Shown: positions 37,305 through 48,257, counted from the first letter of the stretch. The stretch is DNA of 64,000 nucleotides from an uncultured bacterium (GCA_937903605.1 CALCZC010000007.1:189805-253804); one strand, 5' to 3'. Program-made: numbers and translations. The notes: generated from the letters alone by a model not told the origin.

Positions 37305-38072
37305 ATGCTTATCACCGCCTCTGAAATCATCAAAAAAAGCTGGGAAACATATTCCAAAAATTGGAAAGCTCTTTTGCCTTATATGGTTTTGATTTTTGCT
37401 TCCTCTGTTACTTTGGGCCTTGTCGGTATTTTGGGATTGCAAATTGAAAAATTTTTAGCCAAAGGATCTTTGATTTTTATCAATAATTTATTTATTGCCG
37501 CTTTAACTTTAGCTTTACTCTTGTTTTCTCTCTGGATTACCATAGCTCTAACCAAAAACTTAAAAGCGATTATTGAAAAAAAAGAAATCGGACGCATCAA
37601 AGAAAACATGCTACAAACCAGTAAGTATCTCTGGCCAATAATCTGGGCTTCGTTTTTACTTGTTTTGGCTATTTTGGGAGGATTTATTCTATTTCTAATC
37701 CCAGCCTTGATCTTCGCCATTTGGTTTGTTTATTATTTCTATACTGTCATTTTTGAAGAAAAAAAAGGAATTGAAGCTTTGAAAAGTAGCAAGTCGCTGG
37801 TTTCTGGAAGATGGTGGAAAACACTTTGGCTTATTTTAGCTCCAAGCATATTTTACGGAATTATTATTTTGGTTATCCAAGGAGCTATCAATTATCCGTT
37901 AATTTTTATTTTTGGTGAAAAAACTTTAACTTATGTCTTTACTCGTTCAGTCCTGACCACAACTATATCTGCTCTATTCGCTCCCCTTTCTGCTTTAACT
38001 ACTCTTTATCTTTATCTTAGTGCCAAAGCTAATCCGCTGGAAAAAGTACCTGAAACTCCGGACAAAATATAA
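37305..38072 (+). CDS. Hypothetical multi-pass membrane protein
   Basis: Six or more TM helices. Confidence 0.5.
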   Translation: MLITASEIIKKSWETYSKNWKALLPYMVLIFASSVTLGLVGILGLQIEKFLAKGSLIFINNLFIAALTLALLLFSLWITIALTKNLKAIIEKKEIGRIKENMLQTSKYLWPIIWASFLLVLAILGGFILFLIPALIFAIWFVYYFYTVIFEEKKGIEALKSSKSLVSGRWWKTLWLILAPSIFYGIIILVIQGAINYPLIFIFGEKTLTYVFTRSVLTTTISALFAPLSALTTLYLYLSAKANPLEKVPETPDKI

Positions 38073-38217
38073 ATACTTATCCAAAAAAATACTCTGTTCC
38101 ACAGAGTATTTTTTAATTGACTTAACCGTTTAAAAAAGGTAAAATCTTATATGATATATAGTATCAAAAATACAATATACGATATACAAAATACGCTATA
38201 CGAAAATATTAAATTTT

Positions 38218-39759
38218 ATGCCAAAGCTAATCCCAGTCATCGGCCTTGAAATCCACGTTGAACTCAACACCAAGAGTAAAATGTTTTGTTCTTGCGCCAA
38301 TAATCCCGATAAAGATACTCCTAATACCAATATTTGCGAGGTTTGCTTGGCACACCCGGGAACTTTACCAGTACCAAATATTGAAGCTCTACACTCTACT
38401 ATCAAGATTGCCAAAGCTCTCAATTGTAAAATAGCTGAAAAATCCAAATTTGATCGTAAACATTATTTTTATCCGGATTTACCCAAAGGCTACCAAATTT
38501 CTCAATTTGACCAGCCAATCGGTGAAACAGGTTTTATTGATTTGCAGTTTATAAACGTCAAAAATGATCGTCCAACAGCGAGAATTGGTATTACACGCGT
38601 TCATCTGGAAGAAGATACTGCCAAACTGCTTCATGATAAAGGCGGTAATACTTTGGTTGATTTTAATCGTGCTGGCGTACCGCTGGTAGAAATAGTTTCT
38701 AATCCAAATATACAAACATCTACCGAAGCTAAAGTTTACTGTCAAGAATTACAAACTATTTTTCGCTATTTAGACGTTTCCGACGCTGATATGGAAAAAG
38801 GACATATGCGTTGCGAAGCCAATGTTTCCATGCAAGAAGAAGGAAAATTTATCATTGAAGGGTCCAATATTTCCGCGCTTGACGGATATACCCTCAATCA
38901 TAAAGTAGAATTGAAAAACATCAATTCTTTCCGCGCCATGGAAAAAGCTATTGAATATGAGATAAAAAGACAAACCGAAGCTCTGCAAAAAGGAGAAACA
39001 CAGTTGCCGGAAACTCGTGGCTGGGATGACGAAAAAGGAGAAAGTTATGTTCAACGCGTCAAAGAAACTTCCGCTGATTATCGCTATTTCCCCGAACCGG
39101 ATATCCCGGTTTTTGAACCGCTCAAACTCTGCCCCGATGTCGTTTTACCGGAGCTACCAAACGCCAGACGACAAAGATTTTTTGATGAATATGGTTTTTC
39201 TTATGCTGATGCGGATTTATTAACCCAAAATAAATATTGGAGCGGTTATGCGGAAAATGTGATGACCGAACTGCAAGAATGGATAGATTCTTTACCAGAA
39301 ACCAAAAGCGAAGATAGTATTTACAAGAAAAAAGAACTGGCAAAACTCGCCGGCGGTTGGTTAACCACCAAATTAACCGGCGCAATGGCAGAAAGAAAAA
39401 TAGATATCAGAATTTTGAAATTAAGCGCTGAAAATTTCGCTGAACTTATTACTTTGATTTATGCTAAAAGAGTAAATTCTACCAATGCTCAGAAAATACT
39501 CAATGAAATGCTTGATTCTAATACCGATATTGATCCGACGCATATCATGGAAGAAAAAGGCTATGGCCAAGTTAGCGATGAAAATAAATTGGAAGAAATA
39601 ATTTTGGAAGTTATCAAAAATTACCCGGCTCAAGTGGAACAATTCAAATCCGGTAAAGACCCGATAATCAAATTTTTACTTGGCATGGTGATGAAAGCCA
39701 CGGAAGGTAGTGCTGATCCGATAATAGCGGAAAAAATACTCCGAGAAAGATTGAAGTAA
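38218..39759 (+). CDS. gatB: Asp-tRNA(Asn)/Glu-tRNA(Gln) amidotransferase subunit B
   Basis: VIGLEIHVELNTKSKMFCSC N-terminal signature; 513 aa. Confidence 0.85.
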   Translation: MPKLIPVIGLEIHVELNTKSKMFCSCANNPDKDTPNTNICEVCLAHPGTLPVPNIEALHSTIKIAKALNCKIAEKSKFDRKHYFYPDLPKGYQISQFDQPIGETGFIDLQFINVKNDRPTARIGITRVHLEEDTAKLLHDKGGNTLVDFNRAGVPLVEIVSNPNIQTSTEAKVYCQELQTIFRYLDVSDADMEKGHMRCEANVSMQEEGKFIIEGSNISALDGYTLNHKVELKNINSFRAMEKAIEYEIKRQTEALQKGETQLPETRGWDDEKGESYVQRVKETSADYRYFPEPDIPVFEPLKLCPDVVLPELPNARRQRFFDEYGFSYADADLLTQNKYWSGYAENVMTELQEWIDSLPETKSEDSIYKKKELAKLAGGWLTTKLTGAMAERKIDIRILKLSAENFAELITLIYAKRVNSTNAQKILNEMLDSNTDIDPTHIMEEKGYGQVSDENKLEEIILEVIKNYPAQVEQFKSGKDPIIKFLLGMVMKATEGSADPIIAEKILRERLK

Positions 39760-39873
39760 GTTTTGACTTTGGTCTTCAGTCTACAGACTACAAAAAATCT
39801 GCCGTTACCGGCAGATTTTTTTATTTTACAACATTCGGAGCATTCGGATATAATTCGTAGATTCGGATTATAT

Positions 39874-40455
39874 TTATCGTTTTCCTAACATTTTCAACGC
39901 TTCCTTCATCAATTGTTCGCTGGTTTTACCGTTAGCTTGAAGTTTTTGTACTGTATCTCTGGCTTGTACTCCACTGTATCCCAAAGCCATTAAACCTTCT
40001 ATTACATCCCCTATTTCATTACTAAATCCTTGGCCCAAATTTGCACTTGTACTTGGTCCGACTTTATTTTTGAGTTCTACTACCAATCTTTCCGCGGTTT
40101 TTTTACCCATTCCAGAAACCTTTGTGAGGTAAGCAACATCGCTACGAGCGATAGCTGAACTGATTTCTCCAACACTGCCCAATGATAAAATACGTAAAGC
40201 GGTCTTCGGACCAACTCCGGAAACTAATAAAAATTTTTCAAATAAACTTTTTTCTTCTTTATTTTTAAAACCAAACAAATCCATCGCATTTTCTCTAACT
40301 GCCAAATATGTCAAAATTTCGGTTTCCATCCCGACTTTAAAAAACTCGGCGCCATTGGTATTAACCAAAATTTCATAACCAACGCCCCCGGCAGTCAAAA
40401 CTATTATCTGCTCGCCATTGTTTTCTATAATTTTTCCTTTGATAAGAGAAATCAT
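39874..40455 (-). CDS. ruvA: Holliday junction DNA helicase RuvA
   Basis: MISLIKGKI...VLTAGGVGYEI N-terminal signature. Confidence 0.8.
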   Translation of the reverse strand: MISLIKGKIIENNGEQIIVLTAGGVGYEILVNTNGAEFFKVGMETEILTYLAVRENAMDLFGFKNKEEKSLFEKFLLVSGVGPKTALRILSLGSVGEISSAIARSDVAYLTKVSGMGKKTAERLVVELKNKVGPSTSANLGQGFSNEIGDVIEGLMALGYSGVQARDTVQKLQANGKTSEQLMKEALKMLGKR

Positions 40456-40529
40456 ACTATTTAGTATAAAGTATATAGTATTTAGTATTAAGTATCCATA
40501 CTTTATACTTAATACTCAATACTAAATAC

Positions 40530-41513
40530 CTATTTATTTTTTTTATTACGGTTTACCCGAATAAGTCCTCCGCAAGTCAATACTTCCACACCTTTCTTTT
40601 CCAATTCATCCAAAAACAAATTCATCCCCAAAGAATCCGAAGATATATGTCCGGCTACTACCACATTCATAAATTGTTCTTTGGCTTTGTTCATAGCATC
40701 ATCTTTCATATGCATCGTCACAATAGTACTAATCCCGGCTTTACTCAGGATCTCATAAACTTTTTGTGACGGATTGGTACCACCGGTCATTTCCATCAAA
40801 AACTTACCGACTCGATGTCGCGGATTGCCGGCAAACAGTTTCGGTCCGGCTCCGACTTTTTTTGCTTCAGAATATTCCGGAATTTCTAGCAAAACTTTCA
40901 ATAAATCATTTATAGTTTCTGGTTTCTTATTTTTCAAAAACTTTTCCACATATTGACTTACCAGGTTATCGGTTACTGTGTGTGTATTCATCAAATCAAT
41001 TTGCAAAAGTTTGGCCATATCAATGACCTGAAAATGATTGGCCGGGTGAACACTACGTCCTACTTCTTTCATTCTTTCTTCGGTAATTTGTTCGGCCAGA
41101 TGGACCGGAATTCCGAGATTTTCATAAACTTCTGTTGTCATATCCATCACCCCGTGCAAATCCGCCAATCCCCTGCCTATCGGATGATGAGCCAAAATCA
41201 AATCTATTTTTTTACCCCTTTCGTTAAGTTGAGAAGCCAACAAAATTTCCGCTGAACCAATATCAATCCCGGCCAAAATTCTTTTTACTGGCTTTTTGGG
41301 GTCGCCCAGATGCAAACGACTGTCTGCGTAAGGATTAAAAAGTCGTTCAGTATCAAAATATTTTTTATCTGCCGGCTTGAGATCCTCGTATTCTTTTTTG
41401 ACTCTGTTGAGATATTTTTTAACCCCTTTTTCCCCTCGCGGATCAGCTGCAATAGACATTTTCAAAGCTGTTTCAAAAATTTGTTGGATAGTCATCATAT
41501 GTGTATGTATCAA
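40530..41513 (-). CDS. Nif3-family dinuclear metal-centre protein
   Basis: IDIGSAEILLASQLNERGKKIDLILAHHP and C-terminal AGHISSDS motifs. Confidence 0.5.
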   Translation of the reverse strand: MIHTHMMTIQQIFETALKMSIAADPRGEKGVKKYLNRVKKEYEDLKPADKKYFDTERLFNPYADSRLHLGDPKKPVKRILAGIDIGSAEILLASQLNERGKKIDLILAHHPIGRGLADLHGVMDMTTEVYENLGIPVHLAEQITEERMKEVGRSVHPANHFQVIDMAKLLQIDLMNTHTVTDNLVSQYVEKFLKNKKPETINDLLKVLLEIPEYSEAKKVGAGPKLFAGNPRHRVGKFLMEMTGGTNPSQKVYEILSKAGISTIVTMHMKDDAMNKAKEQFMNVVVAGHISSDSLGMNLFLDELEKKGVEVLTCGGLIRVNRNKKNK

Positions 41514-41695
41514 GTTTGCCTCGTGATCCGTTTTAAACGGATTTTACGGGGTATTATGTATTAAGTATATGAATTTTAGCTTTTTAGGGCTAAAAAGTCA
41601 ACTTTACTAGAACCTATAAACATCTTGACAAAAAAAGAAAAATAAGCTACATTATACGGCACGTTCATTAAAAATTTTTAACAGCGGAGAAAAAA

Positions 41696-41965
41696 ATGGC
41701 AAAAGAACAACGTCCAAAAAACTTGGCTGGGTATAAAAGCCTTAAAAAATTGGCAAAAGATATAGCCAATTTGAGCTATAACTCCGTTTACATTTTTTTG
41801 CTTTGTCTTGGGGCGGAAATGCTCCGGGCTTCAGCAAAAGATGAAGAAGATGGTAAAGTTAAACTCGCCAAAAAGCTTTCCGATATCGCTGATTATTTAA
41901 ACAGGGCTGGCAAAGAAATGGGTGAGGCTTGGGATATTTGCGAGGACCACACTGAAGAAATCTAA
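41696..41965 (+). CDS. Hypothetical protein
   Basis: 89-aa ORF. Confidence 0.35.
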   Translation: MAKEQRPKNLAGYKSLKKLAKDIANLSYNSVYIFLLCLGAEMLRASAKDEEDGKVKLAKKLSDIADYLNRAGKEMGEAWDICEDHTEEI

Positions 41966-42011
41966 AAAGGCGCAAAAACGCCTAGAAAAAACTTTTAAAC
42001 ATTGAGGGAGG

Positions 42012-42227
42012 ATGCTCATGGCAGAAAAAGGACCGCAGAAAAAGAAGAAAGAAAACAGAAGAGATGGTCAGAAACAGATAGAAAATGGCATAATGGAACA
42101 TGCCGGTATCGTACGCCGTGCAGTTCATACGCCGGTTTCTAAAAAAGTTATTCGTGGACATACCGGTCCGGTTCTGTCGGCCGGTCAGCAGAATCGCCTG
42201 ATAGATTGGGTTCCGTCCGGCTGTTAA
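42012..42227 (+). CDS. Small basic hypothetical protein
   Basis: ggagg RBS precedes the ATG; strong terminator follows. Confidence 0.4.
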   Translation: MLMAEKGPQKKKKENRRDGQKQIENGIMEHAGIVRRAVHTPVSKKVIRGHTGPVLSAGQQNRLIDWVPSGC

Positions 42228-42240
42228 AAGATCTTTATAC

Positions 42241-42271
42241 ACAAAAGCGTCCCATAGGGACGCTTTTTTTA
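42241..42271 (+). terminator. Rho-independent terminator
   Basis: aaaagcgtcccatagggacgcttttttt. Confidence 0.65.
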
Positions 42272-42275
42272 TTTA

Positions 42276-42345
42276 CTCCGTGAAATTTCATCCCGATGAA
42301 AAATCGGGATGAACCTGCCAAAGGCAGGATTTCACAGGGGTGAAC
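42276..42345. repeat. Inverted-repeat-bounded element, copy B
   Basis: ctccgtgaaat ... atttcacaggggtgaac; inner hairpins tcatcccgat/atcgggatga and cctgcc/ggcagg. Confidence 0.55.
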
Positions 42346-42349
42346 CCGG

Positions 42350-43177
42350 TTAAACTCTAAACTTTTTCCCTAGAAAATCTCTAAAAGCTTTTTTATCAAA
42401 ATCCCAAAAATTTGTTGGTACTGGAATTTTGCCCAAACTATTTTCCGCTTCTATGGTAAAAATCGGATATGCTAGCCCAGATAATTTTTTTCGTAATTCA
42501 CTATAAATTTTTATTTCTTTTTTCAGATCAACTTCAAACGGTTTAGCATTAGCAACCGGATCACAATGAAAAAGATAATAAGGTTTAACTCCGATTTCTG
42601 TCAGTTTTTCAAATAATTCTTGTAAGATTTTTACATTATCGTTTATTCCTTTCAAAAAAACAGTTTGACTCAAAATCATAGTTACACCTGTTTGTATTTT
42701 TTTTATTGCTTTGTCTGTTTCTTTGCTCAATTCATTAAAATGATTAACATGCAACATTAGATAAATTGGTTTATTTTTAACTGTTTTTAAAATTTTTACT
42801 ATTTTATCGTTTATGGCTTTTGGATAAGTTATTGGCAATCTAGTACCGATACGAATCATTTTTATTTGTGATAAATTTCCCAATTCTTTCAAACATTTTT
42901 CTAAAACTTCCGGCGTATTCAGCGGATCTCCGCCGGAAAAAATTAACTCTTTTATTTCTTTATTTTTTATCAAGTATCTTTTTATTTCCTTTATTTCTTT
43001 ATTTTTTATCAAGTATTTCATTTTCATCATTTCCCTTTTTCGCATACAAAAAGCACATTCTTGGGCGCAAATATTATTTACCAAAATCAAGGCCCTATTT
43101 TTATAACGGCAAATCAATTTAGGTACCGGCATATTTTGAATTTCCAAAAACGGATCGCTGTTGTTTATTTTTTTCAT
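42350..43177 (-). CDS. epmB: Radical SAM lysine 2,3-aminomutase-like protein (EpmB/YjeK family), short form with in-frame 12-aa tandem duplication
   Basis: CAQECAFC (CX3CX2C) followed by LIFSGGDPL; adjacent to epmA. Confidence 0.6.
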   Translation of the reverse strand: MKKINNSDPFLEIQNMPVPKLICRYKNRALILVNNICAQECAFCMRKREMMKMKYLIKNKEIKEIKRYLIKNKEIKELIFSGGDPLNTPEVLEKCLKELGNLSQIKMIRIGTRLPITYPKAINDKIVKILKTVKNKPIYLMLHVNHFNELSKETDKAIKKIQTGVTMILSQTVFLKGINDNVKILQELFEKLTEIGVKPYYLFHCDPVANAKPFEVDLKKEIKIYSELRKKLSGLAYPIFTIEAENSLGKIPVPTNFWDFDKKAFRDFLGKKFRV

Positions 43178-44205
43178 ATATTTTCCACTTGATCTTTGGC
43201 AGACATAAAAATCACATCGTTTATATCCTTGGCGCCCGTGAAAAGCATTATTGCTCTATCCAAGCCCAAAGCAATTCCGCCAGATAGCTTCATTCCACTT
43301 TGCAAAGCCTTTATAAATTCAGTATCTATCGGGAAAACTTCTTTCCCGAGTTCTTGTCTCAAATTTCTATCTTTTTCCAAATTTTCTTGTTGTTTTTGCG
43401 CATCAGTTAACTCACCAAAAGCATTGCAAAGTTCCAAACCTGCAATATAACATTCAAAACGTTCTGCATATCTACTATCTTCACAAAATTGCGACAACGA
43501 AGTCATTTGTGCGGGATAATCATAGATAATAACCGGCTTTTCCCAACCCAATTTCGGCTCTATTTCATTCAAAAATATTTTATAAAACAAATCTTCATAT
43601 TTTTCTTTTTCTTCAACTTGATATCCTTTTTCTTTTGCCAAAATAGACATTTTTTCTATATTCAAATAATCATCTAAATTAATTCCTAAATATTTTTGCC
43701 AAATTTCTTTCATCTGCATTCTGTCCCAAGCAATATTTATCGAGATATTTTTATCATTTCTACTGACAAAATCCTGACTCAAGGTCTGACCGATACTTTT
43801 GAATAAATTTTCCAAATCATCCATAATGTCCGTCAATTTTCCGGGCGAACGATACCATTCTATCATGGTAAATTCGGGATTGTGTGTTCCGCCAAAATCT
43901 TCTCTGTTACGAAAGCAAGGGCAAATTTCAAAAATTTTTTCATACCCGGCGCAAAGCAATTTTTTCAGTGCATATTCCGGAGAAGTGTGTAAATAAAATG
44001 GATACTCTTGGCCCATAGGATGAATATATCTAATCCCGATAGGATCTAGATACGGCTCTTGTGAAGCAGTTTTTACCGCTATCGGGGTTTGCGCTTCAAC
44101 AAAACCGAGCGACCAAAAAAACTCTCTTGTTTTTTTCAAAATTAAGAGTTTTTTATCATAAATTTCCTTAGTCTTTGGGTTGTCTTTTAGTTCTTTCCAA
44201 TTCAT
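43174..44205 (-). CDS. epmA: EF-P lysyltransferase EpmA (GenX/PoxA; class II LysRS paralog)
   Basis: Class II aaRS motif 2 CPCFRNREDFGGTHNPEFTMIEWY; 343 aa; lacks an anticodon-binding domain. Confidence 0.7.
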   Translation of the reverse strand: MNWKELKDNPKTKEIYDKKLLILKKTREFFWSLGFVEAQTPIAVKTASQEPYLDPIGIRYIHPMGQEYPFYLHTSPEYALKKLLCAGYEKIFEICPCFRNREDFGGTHNPEFTMIEWYRSPGKLTDIMDDLENLFKSIGQTLSQDFVSRNDKNISINIAWDRMQMKEIWQKYLGINLDDYLNIEKMSILAKEKGYQVEEKEKYEDLFYKIFLNEIEPKLGWEKPVIIYDYPAQMTSLSQFCEDSRYAERFECYIAGLELCNAFGELTDAQKQQENLEKDRNLRQELGKEVFPIDTEFIKALQSGMKLSGGIALGLDRAIMLFTGAKDINDVIFMSAKDQVENI

Positions 44206-44298
44206 ACAAAATATTTGCTTATTTTAAACAAATATTGGGCTTTTGTCAATATTTAAAACCGCCCCTTTATTTAGGAGGCGGTTTTAAATATTTTTTAT

Positions 44299-45249
44299 TT
44301 AAGGGTTTATTTTAATCGGAACTAAACTTGGGGTAACTTTTACTGGTGTAACTCTCAACTGTTCTCTAAGACGAATTTTACTTACTTTTCCAACGACCTC
44401 CACGCCTTTCTCATAGGCTTCTACTTCCAAAGGCATATCATCATCATATTGAGCTAGTTTCTCCGGGGCTAGCATGGCAACAACCGGATCAAAGTCTAAA
44501 GTCCAAATCGCTTTTTTAAGAGCTTTCCAAAAATCTTTTATAAATCCGGCAGCCGCATGGTCGAAAAGTTCATTAAACCAACGAATCGCATATTTATCTC
44601 TATTGCCGGCGTATTGTTCACAGTGGGTTAGTTCATGAGCCATCCAATAAATGTTATCGTTGCTAAGATCTGTTAATTTTTTAGCGCTAGCAAAAGTTTT
44701 AACATACTTTTCATCACCAAACATTATTTTATAGCCATCCGTGATTCCCAGGTGAGGAGAATTTAATTTCTCTTTTAGTCTTGGCGCATAACCAAAAGTC
44801 ACTCTCTTTAAATCGCATTTTTTAGCATCATAATAAGGAGACAGGTCTGTAACCATCTGAGTAGAAAATTTTTGCATTTTTGCGCCTTTGCCCACCCAAT
44901 CCATATATAAACTAAAAACTTTTGCCAATAATCCGTTCCAACCAGACCAACTCATCAAAGTTTTGGGGGCGGTGGTAGTTTCAGCTAAATAGATTTTTTC
45001 CAATAGCACTGAAGGGGCAATAAGTTTATCATTTATCAAATTTACAATATCATCATCTGACAAAAGAGCGTAATTTACAGCCGGTAATTTAACGGTTGTA
45101 TTTTTATTCAAAGCATTGTCGCTAATACTAAATACTATATTACTCTGAACAATGTCTTGTTCGTTTATAAAGATTTGGTAAGTCATAAACCCTACAAACC
45201 CGACGGTTAAAAACAACAAAAACATTAAAATTTGTGTTGAATATTTCAT
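44299..45249 (-). CDS. Membrane-anchored protein with HExxH(C)EQ zinc-metallopeptidase-like motif (DUF4157-like)
   Basis: N-terminal TM; MAHELTHCEQY. Confidence 0.45.
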   Translation of the reverse strand: MKYSTQILMFLLFLTVGFVGFMTYQIFINEQDIVQSNIVFSISDNALNKNTTVKLPAVNYALLSDDDIVNLINDKLIAPSVLLEKIYLAETTTAPKTLMSWSGWNGLLAKVFSLYMDWVGKGAKMQKFSTQMVTDLSPYYDAKKCDLKRVTFGYAPRLKEKLNSPHLGITDGYKIMFGDEKYVKTFASAKKLTDLSNDNIYWMAHELTHCEQYAGNRDKYAIRWFNELFDHAAAGFIKDFWKALKKAIWTLDFDPVVAMLAPEKLAQYDDDMPLEVEAYEKGVEVVGKVSKIRLREQLRVTPVKVTPSLVPIKINP

Positions 45250-45329
45250 AAATTAAAATTAATAAATAATTTAAAACCCGCTTTAATCATAACATTAAAA
45301 CGGGTTTTTTTCAAATATTTCCAGGTTTT

Positions 45330-48227
45330 TTAAATTTTTTCCACTGCAAGTTGAATTTTTTCTCCATCAATCTCCGTTTCTTTATTTAGTGTTTCTCGTT
45401 GTTCTATTTTTTCTGCTAAAACACTTTGTTTTAATTTCTCGGAATTTTTTTCAACAATATCTTTTAGGTTTTCGCTTTTAGTATTAAAAATCAAAACAAT
45501 TTTATCGTTAACCGTCAATTTCTGATCTTTACGCATTTGGTTGACGGTTCGCACTATTTCTCGAACTGCACCTTCTTTTTTAAGTTCAGGTGTAATTTCC
45601 GTATCTAACCAAACTTTCAAGCCATTGTTTTCTTTAATATTATCGACAAAAGAGAATTTTTTATCAAAAACAGCTTCTTTGACATTTAATTCTTCGGCTA
45701 GAATCTTTAATAACCCTTCTTCTGTCTTTTCGTTTATTACAACTTTAGACAAGGGCTGGCGAACCTTGAGACTTTTTTCTGCTCGCAAAGATAAACCGAG
45801 CTCCACTGCTTTGCGTACTTTTTCCATTTCTTCCAAAACATCTTTGTCTATTTTTTCCGTTTCTGGCCAGTCTTCCAAATGCACACTTTCTTTTTCTCCG
45901 CCCAAAGACAAATATATTTTTTCCGCGATAAACGGCGTAACAGGCGCCATAACTTTTGACAATACAGATAAAACTTCATGAGTAGTAGATAAAGCGGCTT
46001 TTTTATCTTCTTCATCATTACCTTTGAAACGATCGCGAGAACGACGTACATACCATTGTGATAACTCGGTCACAAATTCCAAAATAGGTCGGTTGGCTTT
46101 TACCAAACGATAATTTTCCATATTTTCGGTAATTTCTTTTACCAGTAAATTTAATTTAGCCAAAATCCATTTATCCAAAATGTTTTTTGATTTTATTTTT
46201 TCCGGTTTTTTACCTTCACTAAACATTTCATAAAATTCATAGACGTTCCAGAGGGTATTTACCAACTTACCATAAATTTCTCGGACGCTTTCTTCATTAA
46301 AATTTAGGTCCTCGGCTTCCATAACCGGAGAAGTGGCCAGATAATATCTCACCGCATCCGCACCATATTTTTGCAACAGCATTTCCGGATCCGGATAATT
46401 GCGTAAGCTTTTACTCATTTTTTTGCCGTCAGCGGCCAAAACCATACCGTTTACAATCACATTTTTGAAGGCTGGAACATTTTTGATTTTGGGAATGACT
46501 GATTTTCCTTCTTGTGATAAAGCGGTAGCTAAAATATGTAAGGTATAAAACCAACCTCGAGTTTGATCTTGTCCTTCGGCGATAAATTCAGCTGGAAAAG
46601 ATTTTTCAAATTTTTCTTTATTTTCAAAAGGATAGTGCATTTGTGCATAAGGCATACTACCACTCTCAAACCAGCAATCCAAAACTTCCGGAATTTTATA
46701 ATATTCTTTACTGTCTTTTTTGATAACTATTTGATCCACAAAGTGTTTGTGCAAATCCGTGATTTTTTGCCCGCTCAACTCTTCCAATTCTTTAACCGAA
46801 CCGATACAAATACGATCGCCATCTTTGCTTTCCCAAATAGGAAGAGGTGTTCCCCAAAAACGGTTACGCGAAATTGCCCAATCACGAGCCGAATCTAACC
46901 AATCACCAAAACGACCTTCTTTAATATGACTGGGAATCCAATTTATTTTCTGATTATTTTTTAACATCTGATCTTTGATATCTGTCACTTTTACAAACCA
47001 ACTGTCGGTTGCATAATTAAGCAACGGCGTGTCACAACGCCAACAATGCGGATAACTATGTTCTATTTTTTCTTTGCTAAATAATTTATTTTGCCCGGCC
47101 AACCATTTGATAATTTCTACATCGGTTTTTTGCGGATCTTCTTTTGGTTTTACTTCTTGACCTACAAAATCAGTTACTTCTTCTACAAAACGACCGGTCA
47201 TATCCACATGTTGTACCAGTGGAATTTTTTCCTTTTGTCCGACATTAAAATCATCTTCGCCGAAAGCTGGTGCAATATGTACCACTCCGGTACCATCAAC
47301 CGTAGTGACAAAAACAGCATTAACCACACGAAAGGCATTTTCTGTGTTGGCAAAATAAGGAAATAAAGGCTCATATTTCAAACCTGTCAAACGATCCCCT
47401 TCTATTTGTTTGATTATTTCAAACGGGATATCTTTGAAAACCGTTTCCGCTCTATCTTTTGCTACCAAATAATGAGTATCTTCTGCTTTTACCACTATAT
47501 ATTGAATATCTCCGCCCAATGCCAACAAAACATTTCCGGGCAATGTCCATGGTGTCGTGGTCCAAGCCAAAATATATAATTCTTTTAAATCTAAAATTTC
47601 AGGATTTGTAACTTTAAATTTTACCGTTACAGAAATATCTTTTATATCTTTATATCCTTGAGACGCTTCGAAATTGGAAAGCGGGGTGCTACATCGCGGA
47701 CAAATATGCATGGGCTTGTGTCCTTTATAAATCAAATTTTGGTCCCAGAGCTGTCGAAACACCCACCAAACACTTTCCATAAATTCCACATTCATGGTTT
47801 TGTAATCATTTTCCATATCAACCCAACGACCAATACGACGAACGGTTTTTTTCCACTCTTTAGCATAGGTCATGACACTACTACGACAAGCTTCATTAAA
47901 TTTTGCGATACCATAATCTTCTATATCTTTACGTCCACCTAAACTTAAATCTTTTTCCACAATATTTTCCACTGGTAAACCATGACAATCCCAGCCCCAG
48001 CGTCGTTCAACTTTAAATCCGCGCATCGTAAAATAGCGCGGCACCACATCTTTCATCAAAGAAGCCACGATGTGACCATAATGCGGCAAACCGGTAGCAA
48101 ACGGCGGACCATCATAAAAAGCATAGGGCTTGGAATCCGGATTTTTTTGTAAAGATTTCTCAAAACATTGGTGTTTGTCCCAATATTCAAGTATTTTATT
48201 TTCTTCTTCGTTAGCGTTGTATAACAT
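45330..48227 (-). CDS. ileS: Isoleucine--tRNA ligase
   Basis: PPFATGLPHYGHI (HIGH), GWDCHGLPVE (IleS-specific), KKMSKSLRN (KMSKS); 965 aa. Confidence 0.8.
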   Translation of the reverse strand: MLYNANEEENKILEYWDKHQCFEKSLQKNPDSKPYAFYDGPPFATGLPHYGHIVASLMKDVVPRYFTMRGFKVERRWGWDCHGLPVENIVEKDLSLGGRKDIEDYGIAKFNEACRSSVMTYAKEWKKTVRRIGRWVDMENDYKTMNVEFMESVWWVFRQLWDQNLIYKGHKPMHICPRCSTPLSNFEASQGYKDIKDISVTVKFKVTNPEILDLKELYILAWTTTPWTLPGNVLLALGGDIQYIVVKAEDTHYLVAKDRAETVFKDIPFEIIKQIEGDRLTGLKYEPLFPYFANTENAFRVVNAVFVTTVDGTGVVHIAPAFGEDDFNVGQKEKIPLVQHVDMTGRFVEEVTDFVGQEVKPKEDPQKTDVEIIKWLAGQNKLFSKEKIEHSYPHCWRCDTPLLNYATDSWFVKVTDIKDQMLKNNQKINWIPSHIKEGRFGDWLDSARDWAISRNRFWGTPLPIWESKDGDRICIGSVKELEELSGQKITDLHKHFVDQIVIKKDSKEYYKIPEVLDCWFESGSMPYAQMHYPFENKEKFEKSFPAEFIAEGQDQTRGWFYTLHILATALSQEGKSVIPKIKNVPAFKNVIVNGMVLAADGKKMSKSLRNYPDPEMLLQKYGADAVRYYLATSPVMEAEDLNFNEESVREIYGKLVNTLWNVYEFYEMFSEGKKPEKIKSKNILDKWILAKLNLLVKEITENMENYRLVKANRPILEFVTELSQWYVRRSRDRFKGNDEEDKKAALSTTHEVLSVLSKVMAPVTPFIAEKIYLSLGGEKESVHLEDWPETEKIDKDVLEEMEKVRKAVELGLSLRAEKSLKVRQPLSKVVINEKTEEGLLKILAEELNVKEAVFDKKFSFVDNIKENNGLKVWLDTEITPELKKEGAVREIVRTVNQMRKDQKLTVNDKIVLIFNTKSENLKDIVEKNSEKLKQSVLAEKIEQRETLNKETEIDGEKIQLAVEKI

Positions 48228-48257
48228 AATAAAAAATTTTTAATTTTTAATTTTTTA

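Noticed and set aside
45330-48227. Valyl-tRNA synthetase call
   Set aside because: GWDCHGLP and the HYGH/KMSKS context fit IleS rather than ValS.
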